In this document: positions 51,961 to 61,579 of the stretch, piece by piece
Numbering within the stretch: position 1 is the first letter of the stretch
Layout of the letters: every line of letters begins with the position of its first letter
Source: a virus
Lineage: Duplodnaviria > Caudoviricetes
Length of the DNA stretch: 64,000 bases
Reading direction: 5' to 3' (one strand)
IMG/VR virus record: IMGVR_UViG_3300037067_017580
Span: 1 to 64,000 of that record
Position numbers and translations under genes: made by a program
The notes under the pieces: model-generated
Told to the model about the DNA's origin: nothing
Database searches by the model: none
Seen by the model: only the letters and a program-made list of their open reading frames with translations

Positions 51961-52865
51961 TTTATTGCTTCTCCTATTACACTTTGCCAATTTTGAACAA
52001 ATTTTTCTATATTAAACATCTTTTTAATAGTTTCTTTGCCATTTTGACCAATTTCTTTAGCTTTCTTTGGATTACTTAACAAAAAATCAATCATTGAAAT
52101 TATTTCTAATACATCATTACTTTTAAAACCATTTTTTCCATTGTCTATAAAAAATGTTGCCACACTATCTATAGAAACCGTGGGAATTCCAACCGCCATA
52201 GCTTCTAATAACGAGGTAGGAAGAGTAGACCACTTAGCGGTATTCAAAAAAATAGCACATTCAGAATATAGCTCTAATAGTTCCTTCTGGCTTGCAATTA
52301 TTTTGTCTCCAATATGTAAACAATCAAAGCAATTGGCAATGGATTTCCATTCGTTATAGCCAAGAATATCATCTCTATCTTTAAAATTATAGGCCACAGA
52401 TAATACTTTATCATTTTTTCTTTCCCATTCTTTATTTAAGAAATCATTCTGTGGTGCGTGTCCGACAATTCTATAATTATCGCCGTCTCCATATTTCCAT
52501 ATTTTTGCTTGTTCGATTGTGGTAAACACTTTTATTTTTGCCTTACACATTCTTTTTATTTCTATAAGATATGGCAAATGGTGTTCTAACGGGAGACAAT
52601 GTTCTGTTTCTATTATTGGAATTTTATTATCAGGAAAATTATTGATCAGTTCTCTTTGCTCAAAGGCAGAATTAGAGATTATAACATCTATTTTAGACAA
52701 ATCAACATCTTTTATGTCAGAAGGAATAAAATTATCTGGAAGAGGACACTCCTCTATCTTCCACCCTTTCGGTCTTTCTGGACAATTAAGCAGATAAAAG
52801 GTGTGTCCTGTTCTGGCTAAATTGGACTGATACCCTTCATGGGTGGCAAATGTCAAAATATTCAA
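51954..52865 (-). CDS. GT4-like glycosyltransferase (paralog of 50739..51755)
   Basis: Both begin with a THE motif; PTSLLEAMAVGIP; NGKNGF. Confidence 0.88.
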   Translation of the reverse strand: MNILTFATHEGYQSNLARTGHTFYLLNCPERPKGWKIEECPLPDNFIPSDIKDVDLSKIDVIISNSAFEQRELINNFPDNKIPIIETEHCLPLEHHLPYLIEIKRMCKAKIKVFTTIEQAKIWKYGDGDNYRIVGHAPQNDFLNKEWERKNDKVLSVAYNFKDRDDILGYNEWKSIANCFDCLHIGDKIIASQKELLELYSECAIFLNTAKWSTLPTSLLEAMAVGIPTVSIDSVATFFIDNGKNGFKSNDVLEIISMIDFLLSNPKKAKEIGQNGKETIKKMFNIEKFVQNWQSVIGEAIKC

Positions 52866-53953
52866 AGAATTTCGCCAAATAATTTAGAGAACTCTTTACT
52901 GATGGTTGCCAATGAATATTCTTCCAATAAAATATTATTAATCTTAACAGGACTTTTTGTTAAATACACTCTTCTCATTGCTTCGACTGCCTCTAAAATA
53001 TTAGGATTTTGCCAAACCTGTGAAGAATTATATAAGTATGGGCGGGGAGAATCTGCCAAGCAAGGAGCAAAGTTTTCTTTCAAAACATTATATTTTTTAG
53101 GCCAATTACATGCAAAATACAAATAATCATTTCCATAACAATTAGAAGTAATAATATCTTTGCCCATCACAGCAGCATCAAACATTGGCAAATTCCATGA
53201 CTCACCGTGGCTTAGAGAAACATAAGTATCACATGTTTTAATAACATTTTCTACATGTTCTTCTGATAATTCTCCATGTGTGAACAGAACCTTAGGATAA
53301 TTTTTAAGCTTCATTTTAGTTTTTAGCGTTTTTACTTTTTCAGCAAACTCATTCGCCCCAGCACTATCAGTTGCCAAGTGTAAAGACAAAATAACATTTT
53401 CATTATCCTGAAATGCAATAAAATATGCCATTACAATAGAAAATATGTTTTTTCTCTCATTTAGCGTGGAAACGCTTGCAAAAACGTGTGTATCTTTATC
53501 GGTAAGTTGCGACTTAAAATCGTACTGTTTTTCTTCTATCTCTTGAGAAAATCCACAAAAAGGAATAGGAATTTTATAAGATTTTGTTATTTCAGACAAT
53601 CTTTCATGCTCAAACTTATTTGCAACTATTCCAAAATCATAATAACTTTTTATATTATTAACCCAAGGCTCTGGCAGTGGATCCGCTTCCCAATAAAACA
53701 AGCATCCAGTTTTGGAATTAATTTTAGCATCGCAATAATCTGGAAGAGTATTTACAATTGTTAAATCTACATTTTGTACATCTTTTTTCTCTTCTTCTAA
53801 AAAATCAATACAGCCATTGTCACCGCCAAAAGAAACATTTCTAACAACTAAATCAATATCTGCACAAGTTTTAATGGCTTTAATGTATCTACGAGATGCT
53901 GTTCCATATCCGGTATTTTCTTTATAGTTTGAAATAAATAATACTTTTTTCAT
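52862..53953 (-). CDS. GT4-like glycosyltransferase
   Basis: GYGTASR, WEAD, RKN, SHGESWNLPMFDAAVMG. Confidence 0.85.
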   Translation of the reverse strand: MKKVLFISNYKENTGYGTASRRYIKAIKTCADIDLVVRNVSFGGDNGCIDFLEEEKKDVQNVDLTIVNTLPDYCDAKINSKTGCLFYWEADPLPEPWVNNIKSYYDFGIVANKFEHERLSEITKSYKIPIPFCGFSQEIEEKQYDFKSQLTDKDTHVFASVSTLNERKNIFSIVMAYFIAFQDNENVILSLHLATDSAGANEFAEKVKTLKTKMKLKNYPKVLFTHGELSEEHVENVIKTCDTYVSLSHGESWNLPMFDAAVMGKDIITSNCYGNDYLYFACNWPKKYNVLKENFAPCLADSPRPYLYNSSQVWQNPNILEAVEAMRRVYLTKSPVKINNILLEEYSLATISKEFSKLFGEIL

Positions 53954-55617
53954 CAGATTACCCCAAAAGTGTCATTTTTGACAGATTTTACATATCCTAC
54001 TCGTTTTTTCTCAAAGAAATTATATTTTTCAATAAAAGATTTAAATAACGCAGTTAAATGATTTGGCCCAAAAGCTGATCTACTATATCCGTCTATTAAA
54101 CAAACTCCAGAATTTATTGATTCTATTATTTCTCTAGTCTTGAATTCTGTAAAATATGGATGTTTTGTTATATTATTTATAATCCATTCAGCCGCCTCGG
54201 CATAATTATTTCCAATTTCTGCTGGAACCTTAATATCTTCCTTCATAAAACATGGAGAATCATTCCATCCAGGCAAACCAGAAATATCTATTTCGTCAAA
54301 AGCCCTTTCCCATATTTTAGCAGTATTTTCCCAAGTGAAAACTTCATCTGCACACTTTTTTGCCTCATCGCATTTTGATTGATACATCCCTGTTGGCATT
54401 GTAAGAACTTCATAAATCTTTTTAGCAAGACCGGAACGACTAAAATAGGCCCTCTTTTGCATCGTGTCGGCTTCTGTTGCCATTCTTTCTATCGGAACAA
54501 TAAATCCTCCCCTATGTCTACCGTCTGGCGCTATTTCTTCACCTTGCTCTTGTGTAGCCGAATATGGAACCGCAATAACCGGGACGCCAACCTTTTTAAA
54601 TTCAGAAAGCGGCATTCCCCATCCCTCTCCAATGCTCATAAGAACGCCAAGATCGGCAAGTTTCATTATTGCGCCAAGTTCTTTTCGTTTGATCCCATTA
54701 TTAACACTGGTCATTGTCATAGATTTGTTTTTACACTTGCTACATTCGCATACTATCTTGTTTAAACGGCTAATAGCAACCGATTTACACTTATTACAAA
54801 CATAGGTCGTTAAAATTCTATCAGCATAACCAGAATTTAAAATAGCCTGTGGCAAATCCCACCCGCGATCAGGATTTGAGGTATGAACATAAAAATAAAC
54901 GTTATCGGCAAGCTTTTTGTTCTTTTCTTTGTATTTATTGATAAAAACTGATAAAGTTTCAAGAAAATCAGGGAACAATTTACGCATCTGATTACGAGCG
55001 ACCATCATAACAATTTTCATATCTTGCGGAATGCCAAACATTTTACGAAGCTCTTCTTTAGACTCTGTTGGGCAAAACTCATCTTCAACGCCCGGAGACG
55101 CAACTAAAACATTGTTAATTTTGCCGTTAGACTCTTTTTCTAATGTTTCTTTACCAAAATAACTATATGCGAGAACCTTGTCGCAAGAAGAATATGTATC
55201 AATCCAATTTGGCCGCTGTGGACAACTATCTACGGTTGGCATCCAAATAAATTTAAAAAATCTACGATAAGGGCTTTTAGAAATATATGAGCTATACCAG
55301 TGGTCGAAAATACTCATAACAATATTTGGTTTAAAGTCTAGGCAAGCATCTTCAAACTTAAATGTTCCAAACTGAGCTTCTCCATTTTTAGAATAGAGAT
55401 CTTGATATTGTTTATCTTCTCGACTTGGCATTACCGGATAAACTTTCCAATCTTTCTCATAAATTCTTGGGTCATCCGGACTTGCATAGTTAGCAAATTC
55501 AGATATTTCATATTTACCAGTCTTGTTTAATCTTTCTAATACATTCTTATAATAAATAGCGAATCCAGAACTTAAAGAAGTAAATTCACTATGAACTAAT
55601 ATTCGTTTTTTTGCCAA
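53953..55617 (-). CDS. Large GT4-like glycosyltransferase with inserted CxxC...CxxC
   Basis: SGFA, VARNQMRK, CNKC..CSKC, SIGEGWGMPLSE...GVPVI. Confidence 0.88.
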   Translation of the reverse strand: MAKKRILVHSEFTSLSSGFAIYYKNVLERLNKTGKYEISEFANYASPDDPRIYEKDWKVYPVMPSREDKQYQDLYSKNGEAQFGTFKFEDACLDFKPNIVMSIFDHWYSSYISKSPYRRFFKFIWMPTVDSCPQRPNWIDTYSSCDKVLAYSYFGKETLEKESNGKINNVLVASPGVEDEFCPTESKEELRKMFGIPQDMKIVMMVARNQMRKLFPDFLETLSVFINKYKEKNKKLADNVYFYVHTSNPDRGWDLPQAILNSGYADRILTTYVCNKCKSVAISRLNKIVCECSKCKNKSMTMTSVNNGIKRKELGAIMKLADLGVLMSIGEGWGMPLSEFKKVGVPVIAVPYSATQEQGEEIAPDGRHRGGFIVPIERMATEADTMQKRAYFSRSGLAKKIYEVLTMPTGMYQSKCDEAKKCADEVFTWENTAKIWERAFDEIDISGLPGWNDSPCFMKEDIKVPAEIGNNYAEAAEWIINNITKHPYFTEFKTREIIESINSGVCLIDGYSRSAFGPNHLTALFKSFIEKYNFFEKKRVGYVKSVKNDTFGVI

Positions 55618-55660
55618 AATTTATTCCTTTTATTGATATATTATTTATATATTTTGCTTA

Positions 55661-56365
55661 TTAATCTTCAATGGTTTTTTGTATATCAATACCAAAACTA
55701 TATTTAAATTTATTATAGAAATTAATTCTTATAATATCATTTTTATTACTCTTTTTAAGTTCTTCTAAATATTTATAAAAATAATTTTTTAATACTTCAA
55801 AAATCTTCAAAGGATTTAAACAAAGATTAGGGCAATCTGAATTATCGTGTGAATATTTAACATATCCTAGATTTTCTTCCATAATAAATTCACTCCCCGG
55901 ATTAATTGACCCATAAAGAGGAATATTTGCCTGATATAAACCTTCGCAACATAATATATTATAAAGAATCGCTGCACTATTTGTTAAATTATCTTCAATA
56001 ATATCAATCAGTAAATTTATTTTATCACTATTTTCATCTTTTAAATATTTTCTAATAAAATCTATAGAAGTATTTTTATCAAGAAACAATTTTCCTTCTC
56101 TATACTGACTAAAGGTATTAATCAATAATCCATCTAATGCTAAAATAACAAAAGAAAAATGTCCATTTTTGGCAAGAACCTCGGTAGGTTCAATATACCA
56201 TTTTTCTATTCTTTCTTTAAATGCATCTAAAATACAATTAAAAGACTTCCAATTAATATCACTATAAAGCTTGTCTTTAGTAAAATGTCTTTTTTCTTTT
56301 ACTGGAGTATAAGGCATTTCATTTGTTAATACACTATAAAAAACTCTATCATTTGCCATAAACAT
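55661..56365 (-). CDS. Hypothetical protein (bacterial-like, possibly HEPN-related)
   Basis: 234 aa ORF after a short intergenic gap; FSFVILAL.GLLI.TF.Q and C.GLYQA. Confidence 0.65.
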   Translation of the reverse strand: MFMANDRVFYSVLTNEMPYTPVKEKRHFTKDKLYSDINWKSFNCILDAFKERIEKWYIEPTEVLAKNGHFSFVILALDGLLINTFSQYREGKLFLDKNTSIDFIRKYLKDENSDKINLLIDIIEDNLTNSAAILYNILCCEGLYQANIPLYGSINPGSEFIMEENLGYVKYSHDNSDCPNLCLNPLKIFEVLKNYFYKYLEELKKSNKNDIIRINFYNKFKYSFGIDIQKTIED

Positions 56366-56557
56366 ATCCTTTCCTATAAATTAAACAATTCATCCTTTTT
56401 TATTTCGTTTAAAAGATTTTCTAAATAATCTTCAAGTTCTCGCCCAGTAAATCCAAATTCTCGTGGCTCAAATTCAACTACATCATAGTAAAAATAACTA
56501 TTATTTAATATCTTTTGGACAACAGTAATAAGTTCTTTTGCGTTTTTAGACAACGTT

Positions 56558-56929
56558 TTAGCAAAACCCTTCCCACCCAAACCAAGTATCTTTACAGCTA
56601 AAATGCATTCCGTATCCACTTCGAGTTGTTGTTAGTGTTTTACCTACTTCTCCAATAATGGTCACGTCTTTTGCATCTTGTAAAAACGGTTCTTCGTTTG
56701 TTATATTACTATTTATACCAATAGATGGCTTAATTATAGCATAATATTTTTTTTCAAATTGTATTAGCCCATAGTACACACAAGGGCCTTTTGTTCCATT
56801 TATATAACAAATTTTTGGAATTTTTACCATACTGCAATGTATATTTTCTTGTTTTTTGTAGCCATCTTTTTCTTGTCTTAAATATAGTTCTTTTACTAAT
56901 TCATCAGAAGATGCTTCTAAAATATCCAT
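56558..56929 (-). CDS. Hypothetical protein
   Basis: GGAG RBS. Confidence 0.65.
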   Translation of the reverse strand: MDILEASSDELVKELYLRQEKDGYKKQENIHCSMVKIPKICYINGTKGPCVYYGLIQFEKKYYAIIKPSIGINSNITNEEPFLQDAKDVTIIGEVGKTLTTTRSGYGMHFSCKDTWFGWEGFC

Positions 56930-56932
56930 TAT

Positions 56933-57181
56933 TTATCTCCACTTTTCCCATTCAAGTTTATCGTTGGATATTAGATTAAGAGTAGGAATAACAACAGGAA
57001 CGATTTCTCTTCCCTTCTTACCATTTTCGTTTAATTTAAATGGTTTCGTATAAACAAAATAACAATCATCTATACAGGCGGAAATGGCAGAGTCAAAATC
57101 TGAATAGATAGAGTTTATTCCATAGCTTTCATATTTTCCATCTTCGTCGTAAAAATATTCCCCAACAACATAAATATCCAT
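56933..57181 (-). CDS. Hypothetical protein
   Basis: GGAG RBS. Confidence 0.65.
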   Translation of the reverse strand: MDIYVVGEYFYDEDGKYESYGINSIYSDFDSAISACIDDCYFVYTKPFKLNENGKKGREIVPVVIPTLNLISNDKLEWEKWR

Positions 57182-57182
57182 T

Positions 57183-57719
57183 TCACACTCCCTTAATTTT
57201 TATATTAAATATGTTTTCTTCTTTCTTCTCTTCTGCAACTGGAATTTCAATAGTAAAAATACCATCCTTGGAAGAAATTTCTGCCAAATTAACATTCAGT
57301 TTATTCTCATTACCAACACCAAACTTTTGTACAAAGTTTCCATCTTTAAAACCAATAGAAATATCATAATTATAACAATTTAAAGCTTTTGCATAAAAAA
57401 TTGTATCTTGAAGATATTTATTTGTTAGTTCATTTATATTGGCATATTTAATATCAGAAACGCTGTATCCGGGAATTTTAATGGTAATAATACACTTATT
57501 ATCCTTTTTTTCTACATTAAACCCATAAGAGTTTTCGTTTCTGCCAAAAATAGAATTAAAAAGATCTTGAAATTCTTTATTGCTTCTTTCCATATTCTCT
57601 CCTTTATCAATTTTCTTATCGACTAACTTATTATAACCACCATATAAAGTGTTATAAAAATCGTTTATCTCGTCCATCAAAAGCTTTTCGTCAATTAGCT
57701 TACATTTTGTTTCCATCAA
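57183..57719 (-). CDS. Hsp20/alpha-crystallin-like small heat-shock protein
   Basis: VEKKD..IITIKIPG..DI; SSKDGIFTIEIP..EE..I.IK. Confidence 0.65.
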   Translation of the reverse strand: MMETKCKLIDEKLLMDEINDFYNTLYGGYNKLVDKKIDKGENMERSNKEFQDLFNSIFGRNENSYGFNVEKKDNKCIITIKIPGYSVSDIKYANINELTNKYLQDTIFYAKALNCYNYDISIGFKDGNFVQKFGVGNENKLNVNLAEISSKDGIFTIEIPVAEEKKEENIFNIKIKGV

Positions 57720-58192
57720 AATGGTACCTCTGAATCAGAAAATTCTTGTCCTTCGTCACGCTGTTGCTCTTGCTGACCTTGTGGCTCTTGTTGTTCGTCT
57801 CTGTTTGTTTGTGGTTTCTGATATGACGGTTTGTTATATGGCTTCTTTTGATATCCACCACCATTTCCACCCTTGTTATCTCCGTCCGAATTTCCCCAAA
57901 CTATGTTTGTTTTTAATACAGTAAACGAAACTCCATGAATTTTAACACTATCTTTATTGAGATAAGTGTTGTCTCGAAGAAAACCAACAACATCTACCTG
58001 TTTCCCCTTTTTAAGATATTGCGAAATGCTTGCTGGCTCACTTGAAGTACAATTAAAAAATAAAGACTTTTCTTTGTCTCCAAGAACATCATTAGTTGCT
58101 ACTGTGAAAACAAGATAATCTCTACCGTCTTTTGTTTTCTTAACTTCTGCGTCCTTAACTAATCTGCCACCACTAATTGTAAATGTGTTCAT
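57716..58192 (-). CDS. ssb: Single-stranded DNA-binding protein
   Basis: GRLVKDAE, YLKKGKQV.V.G.L, G/Q-rich linker, acidic SEVPF tail. Confidence 0.92.
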   Translation of the reverse strand: MNTFTISGGRLVKDAEVKKTKDGRDYLVFTVATNDVLGDKEKSLFFNCTSSEPASISQYLKKGKQVDVVGFLRDNTYLNKDSVKIHGVSFTVLKTNIVWGNSDGDNKGGNGGGYQKKPYNKPSYQKPQTNRDEQQEPQGQQEQQRDEGQEFSDSEVPF

Positions 58193-58216
58193 TCATTTCT
58201 CCTTATTTTAAAAAAA

Positions 58217-58405
58217 TTAACTAACCTTAACAATTTTTGCAATAATTTGATCTTCTGGAACCAACTCTTTTTTAGCAATTCTTGCGTCTTTTCTTGACAC
58301 AAAAACATTATACATTGATAATTCTTTTTTGCCATATAAAACATTTGACGTTGTAGGATTTCCTTTTTCGTCAACAATCGCCCAAAGATAATCTTTTACT
58401 TGCAT
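58217..58405 (-). CDS. Small hypothetical protein, WA...F.SRKDAR family
   Basis: GGAG RBS; motif shared with three other ORFs. Confidence 0.72.
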   Translation of the reverse strand: MQVKDYLWAIVDEKGNPTTSNVLYGKKELSMYNVFVSRKDARIAKKELVPEDQIIAKIVKVS

Positions 58406-58418
58406 TTTCTTTTCTCCA

Positions 58419-58634
58419 TTAATTTAAAACCTTAAAATCTTCTTCTAACATCGTCTCCAACCAATTATCAGCACACAAACGTTTAAAAAAATGTTTCTCG
58501 TCATCAAAATAAAACGTTTCTCTTAGTTGCCCATGAGTTAAACTAATTTTATTATCTGATACAACCAGAGAAAATTTCCTAGATCTTAATGCTTTCCCTT
58601 TTCTGGCCTCTATACATGCTTCTAAAAATTTCAT
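58419..58634 (-). CDS. Hypothetical protein
   Basis: ATGA overlap. Confidence 0.6.
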   Translation of the reverse strand: MKFLEACIEARKGKALRSRKFSLVVSDNKISLTHGQLRETFYFDDEKHFFKRLCADNWLETMLEEDFKVLN

Positions 58635-58981
58635 ACAATTTGATACTCGCAAACTAAATCAAAATTTTGTATTTGATAGGCAGCACCCATTGTCGTTGCA
58701 AAAATAGCCTTTTCTCTAAAATCGAGATAAACATATTCGTCTCCAAATTTAAGTTTTTTACCACTTAAAAGTAAAGATATCGCTTCTACTCCTGAAACTG
58801 TTCTTGGCCCATCTAATTCTTCCCATTTTGCATCTAGGTTTGAAGGAGTCGGTGTTACATAGATAGAAGTTCCTTCAAATTCAAAATTGCCAAGAGAAGA
58901 AACTATGGCAATTTCACTAGTTCCAGTCTTTTTTACTCTTTTCCCGCCTTTTGCGGATAAATATGCTTCATAATAATTCAT
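58631..58981 (-). CDS. Hypothetical protein with a duplicated module
   Basis: EAY...GGKRV and EAI...SGKKL halves. Confidence 0.65.
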   Translation of the reverse strand: MNYYEAYLSAKGGKRVKKTGTSEIAIVSSLGNFEFEGTSIYVTPTPSNLDAKWEELDGPRTVSGVEAISLLLSGKKLKFGDEYVYLDFREKAIFATTMGAAYQIQNFDLVCEYQIV

Positions 58982-60063
58982 ATCATTTTCTCCAACATTT
59001 TTTTAGCTGTCTTTTCCCAACTAAAATTAGTAGTAGTGGCTATTGCGTTTCTTGTTATAGTATTATACTGCCCTTGCTGCAAAATTTCAACAGAATTCTT
59101 TATTTTTTTACAAAAATCTTCAAAATTAAAGCTAGACCACGTAAGTTTATCATCTTTTTTATTAAACCACTTCCCATCATGGGCCAATTCGGTTCCAATA
59201 GGGTCTATTTTTAAGCAATTACTATCTAAAATATATTCTTTATGGGCGGTGCAATCAGTTGCGATACATAAAACACCCTGTCTCATAGCTTCAAAAAGCG
59301 GCAAGTCAAATCCTTCTGCCTTGGAAAATGATAAATAAACATCTGCTTCTGAAATTGCTCTAACCATTTCACTATGTTTTTCAACGAATGGCATTATTTT
59401 AATCATATGGCGTAACGGGCTTTGTTCAATCTTTTTTAACCATTCTTGATAATTTCTAGGGTCGTCAGGAGTATTCCCGCAGTACATTTTTAATTCTACA
59501 TTATCAAAAATATCAAAACACTTTTCAAAAGCCTTAATCATTTCTAAATGAGATTTACGTTGTTCCCATTTGCCAACGGTTGAAAAAACAATCGTGTCAT
59601 TATGATAATTTTTGTCATATTTTTTAAAATTTATGAGATTTTCATCAAGACAAGGCGGGGCGACATAGACAGGAACTTTAATATCATTTTTCTCGCAAAC
59701 CTCTTTAGCCCAATGACTTCCAACAAAAAAACCGTCTAGTGAATTGATATGATGCCGCTCTATTTCGTTTAAATGTTCTAATTCAAAAAAACTATATGCA
59801 AATCTTGTTCCACTTCCAATAGAATCAGCTAAATTATTTTGATGATAAATCTTTAGTGTCGGTACTTTTGGATTAAATTTCCAAGAATTATCGACAAACT
59901 TCCGTAAAAAACTAACATCTTGGTCTGAATAAGCAGCAATGTCACAGTTTCTTGGACAAAATAAAGAAACATTTATACCCAGCTTATCAAAAGCTTTAAG
60001 TAAATAAAATGAAACTACTCCATAGCTGAGTGAATTTATATTGGCGATTACATTTAAATCCAT
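58978..60063 (-). CDS. GT4-like glycosyltransferase
   Basis: SYG, FFE, GKWEQRK, SKAEGFDLPLFEAM..G..IAT..TAH.EY. Confidence 0.88.
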   Translation of the reverse strand: MDLNVIANINSLSYGVVSFYLLKAFDKLGINVSLFCPRNCDIAAYSDQDVSFLRKFVDNSWKFNPKVPTLKIYHQNNLADSIGSGTRFAYSFFELEHLNEIERHHINSLDGFFVGSHWAKEVCEKNDIKVPVYVAPPCLDENLINFKKYDKNYHNDTIVFSTVGKWEQRKSHLEMIKAFEKCFDIFDNVELKMYCGNTPDDPRNYQEWLKKIEQSPLRHMIKIMPFVEKHSEMVRAISEADVYLSFSKAEGFDLPLFEAMRQGVLCIATDCTAHKEYILDSNCLKIDPIGTELAHDGKWFNKKDDKLTWSSFNFEDFCKKIKNSVEILQQGQYNTITRNAIATTTNFSWEKTAKKMLEKMI

Positions 60064-60072
60064 TATATTTCC

Positions 60073-61578
60073 TTAAAAAATACTCTTTATATCATTTACA
60101 AAGAAGCAGTCCTTCTCCAGTTTTTTATATCCTCTAATAATTACCACTTCTGAACATTCTTTTTGAAGCAAAAACCTATCATTCCGAGCCTTGTCTAGTG
60201 CTTTTTGAAAAACAAGACCATTTTCGATACATCCGCTTGAGTCGCTAAATGAAATGTTCGCCATGTCTTCGCCACGTTTTGTCTTTTTGATTTTTATCTT
60301 CTCAATAATCGCGCAAACTTCAAAATTTCCTTCATCGGCCTCTACGATATCAGCACATTTATTTTTTGCCACCTTACCAAAATCATTAACCCTATTACTG
60401 GTAAGATTTATGCCAAAATACGCTCTCTCGTTAATGTCTTTAAACAAGTTGCTATCATTGTATTCATTTTTTACAAGCTTATCACACAATAAAAGAACTT
60501 CTTCTGATGGTTTTAGACGTTTCTGATCTTGAAAAATAGACAAAACAAGTGCCGACAACGACTTATACTGGACTCCCGGATTTATGTCAATAAACTCAAA
60601 CATTTTCTTTTGTTGTGCCGTAGACAATTCTTTTAATAATTTGTATTCTTCCATCATTTTTGTACGAGGAGTATTATATTCATCTAAAACACCAGCCAAA
60701 ATAGCCGCCTCAACCTTAGCACTATTTGTCCCTTGTCTAGCGGCTTCGATTAAAAAATCTCTCCATGTTTTACACTCAGTAAGTTTTGATAAGGCTTTAT
60801 ATCCGGTTTCGCCCATTCGTTTTACGTGATTTATGCCAAAAGATATTTCATTTTCTCCCATTATTTCAAAATCTTTATGCAAATCAAGAATCTTTGGAGG
60901 CAAAAGTTTTATATCAAAATATTTCATATCATAATAAAGTTGGCAAATCTCTTCCATCGGATCTTGTTTCATTCTGGCACACTGAAGCAAACCAAGGAAA
61001 AATGCCACTGGATAATGTGTTTTTAAATATGCTGATTTATACATATTGATTGCATAAGAATAAGAGTGTGCCTTGTTAAACGAATAATTTCCTGATTCAA
61101 TAATAATATCCATTAAATGTTCGGCATCTTCTTTTTTAACACCATTTTTAACACAGCCGTCAACAAATTTTGGCCGCAATGACTTCATCTTATCCATGTC
61201 TTTTTTGCCAATAGCTTTTCTTAATCCATCTGCTTCAATTTCTGTAAACCCTCCAAGAACTTCTGCAATTTTAATTGTCTGTTCTTGATAAAGAATAATT
61301 CCATTTGTCGGACTTAGAACTGTTTCAAGCCGCTTATCAATATAAGAAACTTCTTTCTCTTTATTTCTAACCGCAATATATTCATCTGCCTGTTGAAGAG
61401 CACCGGGGCGAATAATCGCAATAACGTCTGAAAGATCAGATATATTTCTAGGCTTAATCATTTTAATATAATGCTGGCACAAAGACGATTCAGCCTGAAA
61501 AATACCCTTGGTCTTTCCTTCACTAATTAATTCATATGTTTCTTTATCGTCTAATGGAATATTGTCAAGATTAAACAA
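60073..61578 (-). CDS. dnaE: DNA polymerase III alpha, C-terminal chain (fingers, HhH, OB)
   Basis: IPLDD..Y, GIFQAES, IRPG, GIILYQEQ, LRKAIGKK, YSFNKAH, YLKTHYP, C-terminal OB; TTG start. Confidence 0.93.
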   Translation of the reverse strand: MFNLDNIPLDDKETYELISEGKTKGIFQAESSLCQHYIKMIKPRNISDLSDVIAIIRPGALQQADEYIAVRNKEKEVSYIDKRLETVLSPTNGIILYQEQTIKIAEVLGGFTEIEADGLRKAIGKKDMDKMKSLRPKFVDGCVKNGVKKEDAEHLMDIIIESGNYSFNKAHSYSYAINMYKSAYLKTHYPVAFFLGLLQCARMKQDPMEEICQLYYDMKYFDIKLLPPKILDLHKDFEIMGENEISFGINHVKRMGETGYKALSKLTECKTWRDFLIEAARQGTNSAKVEAAILAGVLDEYNTPRTKMMEEYKLLKELSTAQQKKMFEFIDINPGVQYKSLSALVLSIFQDQKRLKPSEEVLLLCDKLVKNEYNDSNLFKDINERAYFGINLTSNRVNDFGKVAKNKCADIVEADEGNFEVCAIIEKIKIKKTKRGEDMANISFSDSSGCIENGLVFQKALDKARNDRFLLQKECSEVVIIRGYKKLEKDCFFVNDIKSIF

Positions 61579-61579
61579 A

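Noticed and set aside
58189-58377. Alternative minus-strand ORF overlapping 58217..58405
   Set aside because: The other frame has a GGAG RBS and belongs to the four-member WA...RKDAR family.
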